In this document: positions 41,484 to 53,698 of the stretch, one piece after another
How the letters are laid out: each line of letters starts with the position of its first letter
Numbering within the stretch: the first letter of the stretch is position 1
DNA from: Antedon mediterranea
Taxonomy: Eukaryota; Animalia; Echinodermata
Length of the DNA: 64,000 nucleotides
Assembly (NCBI RefSeq): GCF_964355755.1
Contig: NC_092670.1
Span: 29,190,388 to 29,254,387 of the forward strand
Direction: 5' to 3'
The notes under the pieces: model-generated
Database searches by the model: none
What the model was told of the DNA's origin: nothing
The model's input: the letters and a program-made list of their open reading frames with translations, nothing else
Position numbers and translations under genes: made by a program

Positions 41484-44400
41484 ACTAGACATGTAACTCG
41501 TCACTTTGACGAGTTTGGTTATCCGCCGCGCAAGTGGTGCAACATTAACATTAAGGGGATAGGTTGAGGACAAAAGGAAGTGTTCACGTTGGCATTATGA
41601 CCTGAACTGAAGAATATGATATGTTGTTATTGCTGAATTTTATTATTTAAATTCATATATAGTATACACAGTATAATCTGTATCCATATCACATACAGTG
41701 TAGAATAGGTGAAATTACGGGACCCGCTATTTATTGCAATTTTTTAACATGTTGACGGTTTTAAAATGAAACGCGAAGGTACCAATTCCGAAAGGAAATT
41801 ATCTCAGCAACAACGTATTAGCGTGTAGAAGAAATTTGAATACGTGAAATATTGATGCGCGCTCTTTTAAATGTAATGAATTATGACGCAAAAGATGAAA
41901 ATACGACCTTTTTTATTTAACTGGCCATATGATTACGTCACAACATCCGATTGGCAACATTTTTACATAATTTCGTATCTACAGTCCAATAGCTTCCAGA
42001 AAAAGTTTTAATCGTGATTATCACATTTTATTCTTACGAGCTATAACAGATTAAAATTTACTGTAAAGATGAAATTAATGCCACACGTGATTTAAATTTT
42101 TAAGCACGATGACGTAAAAAAAATTAAAATATTTTTAACTCATGCGAAAGATAGTTGATTGACCTAGACAATATCAAAATCGGGGTGAAAATGGAAAACG
42201 GATAAGTGGAGATGCGCTCTATTCAATGTGATGAGCTATGACGAAAGATACAAAATCCTAAATTTTATATTTGCGTGGCCATACGATGACATCACAATGT
42301 CCGGTTAGCCATATTAATACCTGATCCAATATCTACAACTCATCTACTTCCAGAAAATGACATCCACAAAAAGTTGACCGTTTAGTTTAGAAATTACGAC
42401 TGTTTTAAAAAAGGCATATTTTAAACGAATTTTTTAACGTTTTCATAAAAAACGCGCGCAAATTGTCCAATTCGACGTGCTCGTATGACGTATCTTTAAG
42501 TCAAAATTGTTTAAAATTTGGTAAAATTACTAGAAAAGGCTGGAAAATCATAAATCACGTGAAAAAAATACGTTTTCAATGCTACGTGCGCTCCGCACAC
42601 GTAAAATTGTGCGCATGCGTGGGAATTTTTGACATGCTTAAACCGACATGAAACGCGTAGAAAGTTGATTAGAAATTAATTTTGCGCATTTTGAAATTTT
42701 AAATGCGCGTGCGCGCGTAACTTTGTGTAAAACACGCAATTTTTTTTCAACAGAAGGTTAGCGCATGATATAAATTAAACTTTTGCAAAGTTTCACTTTT
42801 AAATGTTATTTGGTTTTCGACATATGTTAAATACGAGAAAATCGTTAAATCGCGCGTACGTCACATTGCGCGATTGTAAACATCATGAAAAGCTTCGCTT
42901 GACGACGTTACATAAATGTCAAAATGTTAACATAGTTAACAAAATGTTATGTTTGCAAGTTTTAGAGAAAAGCGTTACACAAAAATCATACAGAAAGAAA
43001 GAAGATTAAGAAAAAGATGATGATGATTTCGTACAATCACAAGAGGTTATCCTGCAACTTCGTTGCGGATAACCAAAAAAAAAAAATAACTAGACATGTA
43101 ACTCGTCACTTTGACGAGTTTGGTTATCCGCCGCGCAAGTGGTGCAACATTAACATTAAGGGGATAGGTTGAGGACAAAAGGAAGTGTTCACGTTGGCAT
43201 TATGACCTGAACTGAAGAATATGATATGTTGCTGAATTTTATTATTTAAATTCATATATAGTATACATAGTATAATCTGTATCCATATCACATACAGTGA
43301 CATACATAGAATAGGTGAAATTACGGGACCCGCTATTTATTGCAATTTTTAACGTGTTGACGGTTTTAAAATGAAACGCGAAGTTAGCAATTCCGAAAGG
43401 AAATTATCTCAGCAACAACGTATTAGCATGTAGAAGAAATTTGAATACGTGAAATATTGATGCGCGCTCGTTTAAATGTAATGAATTATGACGCAAAAGA
43501 TGAAAATACGACCTTTTTTATATAACTGGCCATATGATGACGTCACAACATCCGATTGGCAACATTTTTACATAATTTCGTATCTAAAATTCAATAGCTT
43601 CCAGAAAAAGTTTTAATCTTGATTATCACATTTTATTCTTACGAGCTATAACAGATTAAAATTTACTGTAAAGATGAAATTAATGCCACACGTGATTTAA
43701 ATTTTTAGGCATGATGACGTCAAAAAAATTAAAATATTTTTAACTCATGCGAAAGATAGTTGATTGACCTAGACAATATCAAAATCGGGGTGAAAATGGA
43801 AAACGAATAAGTGGAGATGCGCTCTATTCAATGTGATGAGCTATGACGAAAGATACAAAAATCCTAAATTTTATATTTGCGTGGCCATACGATGACGTCA
43901 CAATGTCCGGTTAGCCATATCAATACCTGATCCGATATCTACCACTCATCTACTTCCAGAATATGTCATCCACAAAAAATTGACCGTCTAGTTTAGAAAT
44001 TACGACTGTTTAAAAAAAGGCATATTTTAAACAAATTTTTTAACCTTTTCATAAAAAACGCGCACAAATTGTCCAATTCGACGTACTCGTATGACGTATC
44101 TTTAAGTCGAAATTGTTTAAAATTTGGTAAAATTACTAGAAAAGGCTGGAAAAACATAAATCGCGAAAAAAATACGTTTTCAATGCTACGTGCGTACCGC
44201 ACACGTAAAAATGTGCGCACGCGTGGGAATTTTTGAAATGCTTAAAACGACCAGAAACGCGTAGAAAGTTGATTATAAATTAATTTTGCGCATTTTGAAA
44301 TTTTAAATGCGCGTGCGCGCGTAACTTTGTGTAAAACACGCAATTTTTTTTCAACATAAAGTTAGCGCATGATATAAATTAAACTTTTGCGAAGTTTCAA

Positions 44401-44675
44401 GTTGAAATGTTATTTGGTTTTCAACATATGTTAAATACGAGAAAAACGTTAAATCGCGCGTACGTCACGTTGCGCAATTGCAAACATCATGAAAAGCTTC
44501 GCTTGACGACGTTACGTAAATGTCAATATGTTAAGATAGTTACCGAAATGTTATGTTTGCGAGTTTTAGAGAAAAGCGTTACACAAAAATCATACAGAAA
44601 GAAAGAAGAAAAATAAAAAGATGATGATTTCGTACAATCACAAGAGGTTATCCTGCAACTTCGTTGCGGATAACC
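41484..44675 (-). mobile_element. HINE-like family B copies 2 and 3 (41484-43074, 43089-44675) in the tail of A6
   Basis: Same termini as B1; the A tail resumes at 44676-44737. Confidence 0.85.
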
Positions 44676-44738
44676 AATAATAATAAAGATTTCATACAAT
44701 AACAATAGGTGATCATTTTATTCTAAATGATCACCTAA

Positions 44739-45845
44739 CTAGGAATCAACATAGGACTTTACAGAGATGACGGCCTTGCAGTCACAGACACCACACCTAA
44801 AAGCACAGAAAATATTAAAAAAGACATATGCCAAATATTCAAAGATAACGGCCTACGCATTACCATAGAAGCAAACAAACAAGTCATCAACTTCTTAGAC
44901 GTCACACTCAACCTACCGAAGAACACATACCAGCCCTACACCAAACCAAACGCCACGTTAAAGTATATCCATCAACAAAGTAACCACCCACCGACCATCC
45001 TAAAGAATATACCCGCCGGAATAAACAAACGACTCTCGTCCTTGTCATCCGACAAGAATTCATTCAACCAAGCCGCCCCTGTATACCAAAAAACTCTCAA
45101 CGACAGTGGATACAAGTACACACTAAAATACGAGCCGGTAACCCAGACAAGACGAAAAAACAGACAACGAAACGACATTCTGTGGTACAACCCACCGTTC
45201 AGCAAAAACGTCAGCACAAACATCGGACAGAAATTCCTATCCCTAGTAGACAAACATTTTCCAAAAGATAACAAACTAAGAAAAATCTTCAACCGAAACA
45301 CTATCAAGATTAGCTACAGTTGTATGAACAATATGAAACAGATAATAGACAGTCACAACAAGAGAATACTCAACCAGCCCGAAACAACATCCGTGGAAAA
45401 CACACAAGAAAACAAAACATGCAACTGCCGACAGAAAAACACATGCCCGCTAAACGGAAATTGCTTACAATCATCTGTAATATACCAAGCCACAGTTACA
45501 CACAAAGACAAATCCACCTCGGAAACTTATATCGGACTCACTGAAAATGATTTTAAAACACGATACAGAAATCACACCTCATCATTCCGTAATACACGTT
45601 CTAGAACCTCAACCGAACTCAGTAAACATATTTGGACACTCAAGGACAACACCACAGACTATTCAATCTCATGGCGCATCTTGGCATCTACTAAAGCATA
45701 TAGTAGCGCAAACAAAAAATGCAACCTCTGCCTCAAAGAGAAATTATTTATCATCCGCCACCCTGAATTATCGACATTAAACAAATGTAACAAACTTGTG
45801 TCCGCCTGCCGGCACAGAAAGAAAGCATTGTTACATAACAGCTGA
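44739..45845 (+). pseudogene. Penelope-like RT C-terminal part, thumb and GIY-YIG endonuclease (open frame)
   Basis: LGINIGLYRDDGL, INFLDVTLNL, SNHPP, WYNPPFS, CNCR..CPLNGNC, VIY...TYIGLT, FKTRY, CNLCLKEK, CRH. Confidence 0.95.
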
Positions 45846-45930
45846 CATTCCAAAACATATCACCTGTAAATGCTAATTCTACAAGTAAATGTGCTGATAA
45901 GCAACGTTGTAATTGATTCTTCTCATTATA

Positions 45931-45979
45931 GTCTCCTGATGAGTGAGTTTCACGACTCACGAAACAAGCCTGTAGAGAC
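45931..45979 (+). ncRNA. Minimal type I hammerhead ribozyme in the Penelope-like 3' region
   Basis: Stem I GTCTC/GAGAC; core CTGATGA; stem II GTGAGT/ACTCAC; GAAA; short stem III AC...GT; cleavage triplet GTA (after 45974). Confidence 0.9.
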
Positions 45980-46327
45980 CAAACTGTAGTTTTTACTTCT
46001 TTTCCAGACTTAACGTATATTTTAGCTCTACTTTACCGTATTAAGCACTTTTTAGACGGTTACATTGAACCGAACATTTAATTCATATAAATATATATAC
46101 ATACAAACAACAACAATGCATTTCATAAAAATGATTTTTTGCAATGAGACACTCAATTTTGTCTAAAAACATGACATTTTTGGCCGCTGTAACAAAAGTT
46201 TTCATCGTAGCTCAATAAAAATTTTTTTGTAGTTTGCCCATCAGGTGCTTTATCAAAAATTACAAACTAAATCAGACAAATACAACCTGATAAAGAGCTA
46301 TTTGCTTATTTCTCAGTTATTACTGAC

Positions 46328-46928
46328 GGCCTAGGTTACTGTGAAATTGCCCTTATCACAAACAGAAATAAACTCACAATATGCCTGTTGAGTAAATATA
46401 TACCTTTGTTTCGGAACAAACTGGACGATTTGTTTGTTGATATACATTTACTCCATTGTGTTGGTCTCAGGGGTGCTTTTCTTTCGCACCTGCATTGTAT
46501 TTTGACTCCAAATTTATTCAACTCCAAATTAATTCAACTAACTTTAAATTTTATTTGTATTGACAGTGACAAAATATATTGAATTGAACATGATTTTCAC
46601 CAAAAAATGAGTTAAATAGATGGATTCCACCTAGTTTTTAGCCCTCTATTAATGTTGCTCTTTTGGCATTCCATAGAAGCAAAATATTGAACATAGAGTA
46701 CGGTATGCGAAATTCTCATGAGAAAAACGTCTCATCAATTTAGTTAAAGAATTTATTGTTATTTATTGATTCTTCTTCATCTAATTATAAGATGTGGTAT
46801 TCAGAATAAGTTGGTTAACAAATTTAGAGTTAAAATACAAGGCAGGTGCGAAAGAGAACTTTTGGTAATCTTAAGTCTTTAGGGGGTCTTAGCTTTCGTT
46901 ATCTTAGGTTTTGTGACAGTACCCGGCC
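46328..46928. mobile_element. Degenerate MITE with internal inverted repeats
   Basis: CTTTCGCACCTGCATTGTATTTTGACTC (46481) pairs with GAGTTAAAATACAAGGCAGGTGCGAAAG (~46828-46855); GGCC ends. Confidence 0.55.
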
Positions 46929-47974
46929 TTCTGTTGGCCAAATTATTCACTAACACTAGTAAAAAAGATAAAAGGGAACATAATTAAAAAATAAAATGGA
47001 TCTGCCACTGCCAAAAATATGTTACATTCATGGTTTCTGTGCTATGGTGAATTCTGGGAAGACTTTTTTATTTTGCTGTGTTTATATTTCAAGAGAGAGA
47101 ATTTCTTATAGAGATAAAGGTCACATTTCTATCAATACTCGAATACCTGGAGAAGAAAGAATTTATCTTGTTTTGCTAGGCCCTCTACCTCTACCTCTAC
47201 CCATTCTACAGTAGGCCTTGTCCATGAGGTTTCAAGGTTAAGCAAACTCTGCTGCCTTAATTTTATAGTATTTGTATAACAACAATTCACTAGATAACAA
47301 GTGTTTGCACTCCCAAGGAGAATAATATCAATATAGTCTCCATAAAATATTGTTCAACTTGAAGGTAATAAATTCTATGTATTTTCATTTATTAGGACAC
47401 TTTTATATTCTCTCTTGAGTAACATAATAAGTAGTGTACTGTAATTTATAATCATCTCTCTAGCACTACACAGTACAAGGTATGTTCTAAAAACAGCCTA
47501 TCTTCAGAAAAAAAGAAAGTGTTGCATTTTGTCAAATTTATAAATTTGTACATGTGGTAGAATCAATGTATACAAAAGTTAAAAGTTTGATTTTAGGAAG
47601 GCTTCTTAGCCTGGAGTTTGCTTAGTAACGTTTGTAAAGAATGTAGTTAACTTTCCTTTCAGTTAAACAGATGATTGAGAGAATTACCGTATGCATATCA
47701 TACAACATGCAAATATAAATTTTTGTTTAGTTGCGGTCAGTTTTCATTCTTGACTGACTGGATTTGAGGAAGTTTTGGTTCTCTGTTGCTAGTAACTTTT
47801 TCCATGTGCTTAATGTGAAAACACAGTCTATCATGACCAAATTTGGTCCTAGATTCTAAATTTTGTTCCAATAAATATGGTCATTTATAGGGATACTATA
47901 TCTGTTTTAATATCATGAATTGGTTGATAAAATTCTTTGTCTAATTGTGTAAAAACCAGCATTAACAACATTTC

Positions 47975-48170
47975 AACTCTACCACATGTGATAATCTAAA
48001 GTGCTTGTGTGGTTGTCAGAATGAACTCTACCACATGTGATAATCTAAAGTGCTTGTGTGGTTGTCAGAATGAACTCTACCACATGTGATAATCTAAAGT
48101 GCTTGTGTGGTTGTCAGAATGAACTCTACCACATGTGATAATCTAAAGTGCTTGTGTGGTTGTCAGAATG
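47975..48170 (+). repeat. Minisatellite, 49 bp x 4 identical copies
   Basis: AACTCTACCACATGTGATAATCTAAAGTGCTTGTGTGGTTGTCAGAATG at 47975, 48024, 48073, 48122. Confidence 0.97.
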
Positions 48171-48242
48171 CATGTTAAAAAAACTAGCAAGGAGTTTGGT
48201 ACTCAAAACTTTGAATGCATACAAATTGGGAAAGAGTATAGG

Positions 48243-48444
48243 CAGTGGCGTAATGGCTATGAATCTTACTGGCTAAATCCAGTGTCCATGGAGCTTACAG
48301 TTACACAGAGGCCTCTGAGCAGAACCCAGAGGAAACAGTAGGCTTTAAAATACTTTGAAAAGGGCTAAAAACATCAAAGGCCTCCAGCATTGCAGGACCA
48401 CTTTTTCTATACCAGGAACCACAGACATCTGTGTTACGCTACTG
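48243..48444. mobile_element. Possible old hAT-like MITE
   Basis: CAGTGGCGTAA...TTACGCTACTG termini; no TSD visible. Confidence 0.35.
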
Positions 48445-48959
48445 CTTTTGGATGGATGAAGGATGTACTTTTTTGATTTCCAAATTGTTTGATTATAATC
48501 ATAAATCTACTTCTAATTAAACTCTTTTATTATCTGATTTATTCCTTATCATTCATCTACTCAGTTGTTTTTTTCAAATATTGTCTAATAATAATATTCA
48601 TTGATGACAAGATAATTTATGGTTACTATTCTGTGACTTAGAGGTTACTGCATGTCTTTTAATATTTGTTCAATAATCAATTTCTCTTGGAATCTATTTA
48701 TAGATTGTTTTTATAGACATTTCATCTAATTTACAATACTTAATTTATTTATATTCTATCAATGTCAAATGTAGTAAGTGTTCATCTGCTGTTGCTGTAT
48801 AATTACTGTATATTCAGCTATTTATCTTCATGTTTATTAAACTAAGACATTTCAATGTCAAATGATATAAAATTACTGTACAGGAAAAACATAGCATGGT
48901 TTTTGAAATGTAATTAAAAAAATTGTTCAACCTCAATTGTTTTTATTTGTCCATTGAAT

Positions 48960-49198
48960 TAAGGTCGCAAAAAATCTGGATATTTTTTTCGGGATCCCGG
49001 TAAAAACCAGGTATACCGCCCGAAAATCCCGCGGGATGAACGAGATCGAAAAATCGAAAAAACTCTTTAATTTCCCGGTCGGAAATCCAAAAAGTATCCC
49101 GTTTTTGTTGTTGTGATTCTCGACCAGGAATACCGCCCGAAAATCCCGCGGGATTTTACCGGATCCCGTCTGGGATACCGACGATGTTTTTATAGGGT
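48960..49198. repeat. CpG-rich repeat fragment with internal direct and inverted repeats (MITE-like)
   Basis: ATACCGCCCGAAAATCCCGCGGGAT twice (49013, 49130); CGGGATCCCGGTAAAA / TTTTACCGGATCCCG inverted. Confidence 0.55.
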
Positions 49199-49273
49199 TC
49201 AGGCCTTTATTATAAAATGGTAGATGGCTACTATTATGGGTCTTATCATTTAAAATAAGTCTAGTAAGACTTA

Positions 49274-49604
49274 GGGCCTGTTCAGACCTACGGAGTTATG
49301 GTTTCGTATTGTACGCGGCGTACAACTCCATAGGTCTGAACCAGGAAAAGATTAGTGTAAGCCACCTCATACGACACTACTCTTTCGTTCGCTCAAGGTA
49401 CAAGATTAGTGAACGCCGCTTACGACACGAAAGTCATGCATCAACGATTTTTACCTCTAACCTTTCAAAATTATTCCTGCCTATTTTCAGTTTGAAACGA
49501 AAGCGTTAGTTAGGCAAATCTGAACACTTTTCTGTTACGACGTTAATTATAATATGACACTACTTGCGATACGAAAGCATAACTCCATAGATCTGAACAT
49601 ACCC
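49274..49604. mobile_element. Tourist/Harbinger-like MITE, TSD TTA
   Basis: GGGCCTGTTCAGACCTACGGAGTTATGGTTTCGTAT / ATACGAAAGCATAACTCCATAGATCTGAACATACCC, with TTA on both flanks. Confidence 0.85.
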
Positions 49605-49799
49605 TTAGAAAGTGAATGTTGAAGTGATTGAAACAATATTCTGTTATCATCTTGTTGACAATGGTTCGAGTCACTCGGGCCATAGCTAGGATGTGACTAG
49701 GGGGGTATGGACACAAAGTATTTGAGCCACAGGAAAATCCCCCCCCCCCCCACCATGGTGGTGCCTGTGGCTGAATCTCGCACATACAATTCAAAATAA

Positions 49800-50045
49800 A
49801 TGGCACCTCTATATGGCCGGAAATAACACTCCCGTGTAGAATGCTAGCAGCGATTTATATTCCTTTTTTTCCGCCGGTAAACACATGACTAATATCATTT
49901 TTGCCGTATGGAGATGCGCATGTTCTGTGGATTGTTTGATCATTATTCACTTGGAATTTTGTTTTGATTTGGGTTTTGTTCAAGTTCGACGATGGGAATG
50001 TATGTCTAGGGGGAAGCCTGAAGCCAGTGGAGTTCCGGTGTAAAA
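49800..50045 (+). promoter_or_regulatory. Candidate promoter / 5' non-coding exon of the downstream host gene
   Basis: Local CpG enrichment, NRF1-like TGCGCATG (49915) and ETS-like CCGGAA, ~400-600 bp upstream of the coding exon. Confidence 0.3.
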
Positions 50046-50434
50046 AGGAAAACTAAATGCTCTACATTTGATAATCAATTAATGCATCTACTATTAATTG
50101 TTCTTCAATGTTTGTATTGTTTTTTAAATTTCTTTAAAAAACAATGTTTTTTAATGATACACATGTGCGCAACGATATAGCTAAAACGTTTCAATGCAAT
50201 ATGCTGGTGTACACATGACACCAGCCACTGATTGTGTTTGTGGTTATTATTATTGTAAGCAATTTTTCCATAGAACTTCGGTCATCAACATCATACAGTG
50301 TCCTTATATCAATGAGATTAAATAGATTTATTTTTCTTTTTTTCAGTATGTTGTTGATGTACTAGGAATATTACTTGATTTACTTGGAACTAAATAAGTC
50401 TGATCAATCTAAAGGATTAATTACTTTTGTCAGT

Positions 50435-50633
50435 ATGTCATTCTTTAAGCCCATAAAACGTTCGCTTTCGGACCGTAAAGCAAAAAAGCAGCAACAACAA
50501 CAACAACAACAGCAAGCTGTGAGGAAAGATGCAGAAAAAATGCAGTTTAAACCCATTCAGGAAGAGAAGGGCAAGGTGGAGGTCAGACGCAGGGAAGGAT
50601 GGCATCCACCACCAAAACCTGAAAGAACATTTA
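50435..50633 (+). CDS. Probable first coding exon of an unidentified host gene (basic N-terminus, polyQ, PPPKPER)
   Basis: Acceptor TACTTTTGTCAG (ends 50433), ATG at 50435, MSFFKPIKRSLSDRKAKKQ9...WHPPPKPERTF, canonical donor GTAAGT at 50634 (phase 1). Confidence 0.65.
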
Positions 50634-53600
50634 GTAAGTTTATGAAATCTTGTTTGTTGTTTGCTTGTTTTTCTTTCTCACCATAAATAATAGGTGTTTT
50701 TTTTATAAATTTATAAACTCCTGATATTGATTTGTTCAATAGTCCACACACATTTCCATCTTGGATCACTAAACGCCCTTACTTAAGACAAGGTAAAGTA
50801 AAGGTGGAGATGGTGATACAGTACTTTTATATTCATTTCTTTCCAATTGTTGTTATATAAATAGTACAGTAGCCTGATATACTGTATATTATTTATGTCA
50901 ACTTCAACATTGCTCTCTATAATAACTTAATAATAGTTAAGTACAGTTTATAGTTAGCTTAGTTAACTTACAGTAGCTTTTTTGTTCAAAAATTTGTTTT
51001 ATTTACTTGTATACTAAATTTTGAGTTTTATGCATAGTTAAAACCAACAAACAATTTGTGGCTTCTATTGTCGAAATTTACATTATTGTGGTAAATATAT
51101 TGTGTAGGTACTATAAAATTGTGTTGCTATTATAGTTGGAGGTTATTTCTAATTGTCCCAATTGAGGTTTTACTATAATAATATGTATTGTTATACCACA
51201 CTGTTTGATCTGCTAGTTTTACCTTGGTGTCTGTACCCCCTGATGTTTGCTTAAGTCCATAGTAACCAAATTGTAGACAAGAAATTTTGTTCTGATAATT
51301 TATTCAGATTAATTTCTCTAATTAATTTAAGTCAAACTGTAAAAAAAAACACATCCAATAATTTAGTCTGTTTCAATCAATAAGTACTGTAGCTGTTTCA
51401 CTGTATAACTATACAAATTGGAAACAGTTTGAGGGTCCGTACTTTGTAAGTACTGTAGTCCAATAATTAACCAGTTATATTTAATAATTTAAATATGTTC
51501 TTTACAAAGAATTGTTTTTGTTTTTGTAAAAATAACCAATTTTATAACCAGGGAAATAAATTAGCCCCAATTTTTTGGCAGTAAGACAAATCCATATGGT
51601 CTTCAATTATTATTAAATGATTAAAAAGCATTCTACATCATTGATTGGGTGTTAGAACAGCATTTAACTTTTAGCTGCAACACAAAATAATGTTTAATTT
51701 ATTGACTGTTACCCTTGCTTCTACTGTGGCATCTTTATGTTTGACTATTTGAGTGCATTGTATTTTTGGTACTGTACCATGTTTTTCTACTGTACAATAT
51801 GATAATCACCCATCTTTAAAAACTATGCAAGATGTTAAATAATTTTAGGGTTAAAATTCTGTTGATGAAGCTTGCTTCACTTGACATCAATGAACTGTTC
51901 CTGAGCTAAAATGATAGCCAATGGCTTGACACTTATTTATGGGCATACATTATCTCTGCCATTGCTTATTTATGACTTGTGTGATATGGATAGTAGAACT
52001 GTACTACTAGTACTACTACTGTATGTACACTTGTATTTAAAATTTAAAAATAGTTTACAACCATATTACTTTATTAGGCAAACAAATATCTGTACTTCTT
52101 AAGTGTCCCTCCCTCCTTTGATTGTTAAACTGCCTCTATTTTTTTTAATGACAAAAACATTTCCATTAAAATAGCAAGATTCAATCAATTATCGGAAGCA
52201 TACAGAAACAATTTGATTACATTAAATGGTTTTCTTAAAGTTTAATATATATGGGAGTGATTCATTTGTGTAAAGATATATGTCCCCCAAAAACATAAAA
52301 AATGGAGTTTAAAAAATAGACTTTGAATATGCTATTTAGCAGTTTTAATCAAGTATAATCACTTTCTAGGCGAAAAAAAATGTTTTCCGTTATATAAAGA
52401 CTAAATAAACGGTTATATTCAACCAAAAACCCATTGACTTCCAGTCATTACACTTTGACTTTTTTTGCATTAAATTAAAGTTTTTTCAGGACAAGGGAAC
52501 AATATCTTTATTTAAATTAAAGAGTTTGTTTCAGTTTAATATCAGAAAGGTTGCATAAATCAATATTATAGTACATTAAAAAAAATAATAATAATACAAT
52601 AGTTTTAACAAAAATCAAGCCGCCCTCCCTCTCCTCAAATATAAGAGGTTAACGCTTAACAAGTGTTTACTTTTTGGCTGGGCCTGTTTATGCTAGAATA
52701 ATCTATTCAAAATCGGTTTTTGCCATATAAACTGTAAGTTCAAAATTCAAAATTGGTTAAAAATGATTGATTGAAAACATAGTTCAATATTGTCATTATT
52801 GCTGGTCTTAGATACTGTGCCATACAGTAGGCTTTTCTTGTTGGTAATGTTGACCATTTTATCAAGCACAGAAATTGAATTGAAGAAGTTCAATTCGCTA
52901 TTTCGTATGTTCCAACCGATTATTGTGATACCTGTGAGCAAGAATGCATCAGTACAATGCATATAAATTATTGCAAGAATGAAACAAAATAATCAATTTT
53001 GTAGATTTTCAATAAAAACCCCACCTTAAAAAGATATAACCGCATTATTTAATTTTCCAAATTGATGAAGGGTATCTACATTTAGCATTAGCTATGGGGT
53101 TGAATTTGCTAGACATGGATTCGACGCATCTGACTGTTAATAAAGAAGAGTAGGCTAGAGCTAGGGTTAGCATTATAGAAAGAGCTAAGAGTTTAATTAC
53201 TATTTATGAATTCAAGAGTTTAAAAAAACGTGGCAAATACAAACAACTGAGTTATTTTCAAAACACATGCACTCCTACTATACTACCAGCGTCATGTTGT
53301 CTAGCTCGCTGCTCGTGTGAATGCTGACGTCATCACTCTCCAAAAATGCTCCACTTTCTGCCCTGGTCCGTGTATGCAAGCGTTAGCGTGGTATATTTAC
53401 ACCCCTGTACAGAGTGGAGTGTAATATCGTGTTTTTTTACTCACGTATGAAGGTTTTTATAATTATTATAATGGTATGCAGTATAAACGATAAAAATAAA
53501 TGAGAAACATGGTTTTCTTTTATTATTTTATAGGCATAAAATAAACTTGAAATGTCTTGTACTCTATGTACACGGCCAAAAAAAAGTGTGTGGCGTATTT

Positions 53601-53698
53601 ACAAAAGCATAACTGCGTAGGTCTTAACAGGCCCTTAGTATACAAAATATTACTTTCATTATAGTGTGGATTTTAACTAATGCAATCCCACGACAAAG

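Larger units (their letters stand above)
30104..44737 (-). mobile_element. Head-to-tail array of nine Helentron-associated non-autonomous (HINE-like) units. Family A starts at 30104, 31661, 33217, 35145, 38333, 39907; family B at 36679, 41484, 43089
   Basis: Each unit starts on + with ACTAG (CTAGT terminus on -), then a 9-bp hairpin and a subterminal repeat (A: TAGGTGATCATT; B: GGTTATCCG). The subterminal repeat reappears as a stem-loop at the far end in all units except A1 and A2. Units are ~1.55-1.93 kb with no coding capacity. Confidence 0.85.
29823..46078 (+). mobile_element. 5'-truncated Penelope-like retroelement (Naiad-type), split by a 14.6-kb insertion; 13-bp TSD TAATTCATATAAA
   Basis: TSD at 29810-29822 and 46079-46091. 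The two RT halves join in frame across 30104-44737; GIY-YIG domain and 3' hammerhead are present. Confidence 0.92.

Noticed and set aside
30739-44705. Recurrent ORFs such as MTPNFFNLLWKP and MLFGFRHML
   Set aside because: They recur only because the units are repeated; lengths and stops vary between copies and no domain is recognisable. No Rep/helicase ORF is present.
30103-44742. Treating AACTAG as a classical TSD of one 14.6-kb element, or the units as LTRs
   Set aside because: ACTAG begins every internal unit, so it belongs to the unit terminus; there are no TG...CA ends, PBS or gag/pol.
44739-45930. Selenocysteine recoding / SECIS as reported for some Naiad elements
   Set aside because: There is no in-frame TGA in the retained C-terminal ORF, conserved Cys codons are TGC/TGT, and no SECIS-like ATGA..AA..GA hairpin was seen after the stop.
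44972-45960. Antisense and alternative-frame ORFs over the Penelope region
   Set aside because: They are shadows of the A/C-rich RT-GIY-YIG frame.
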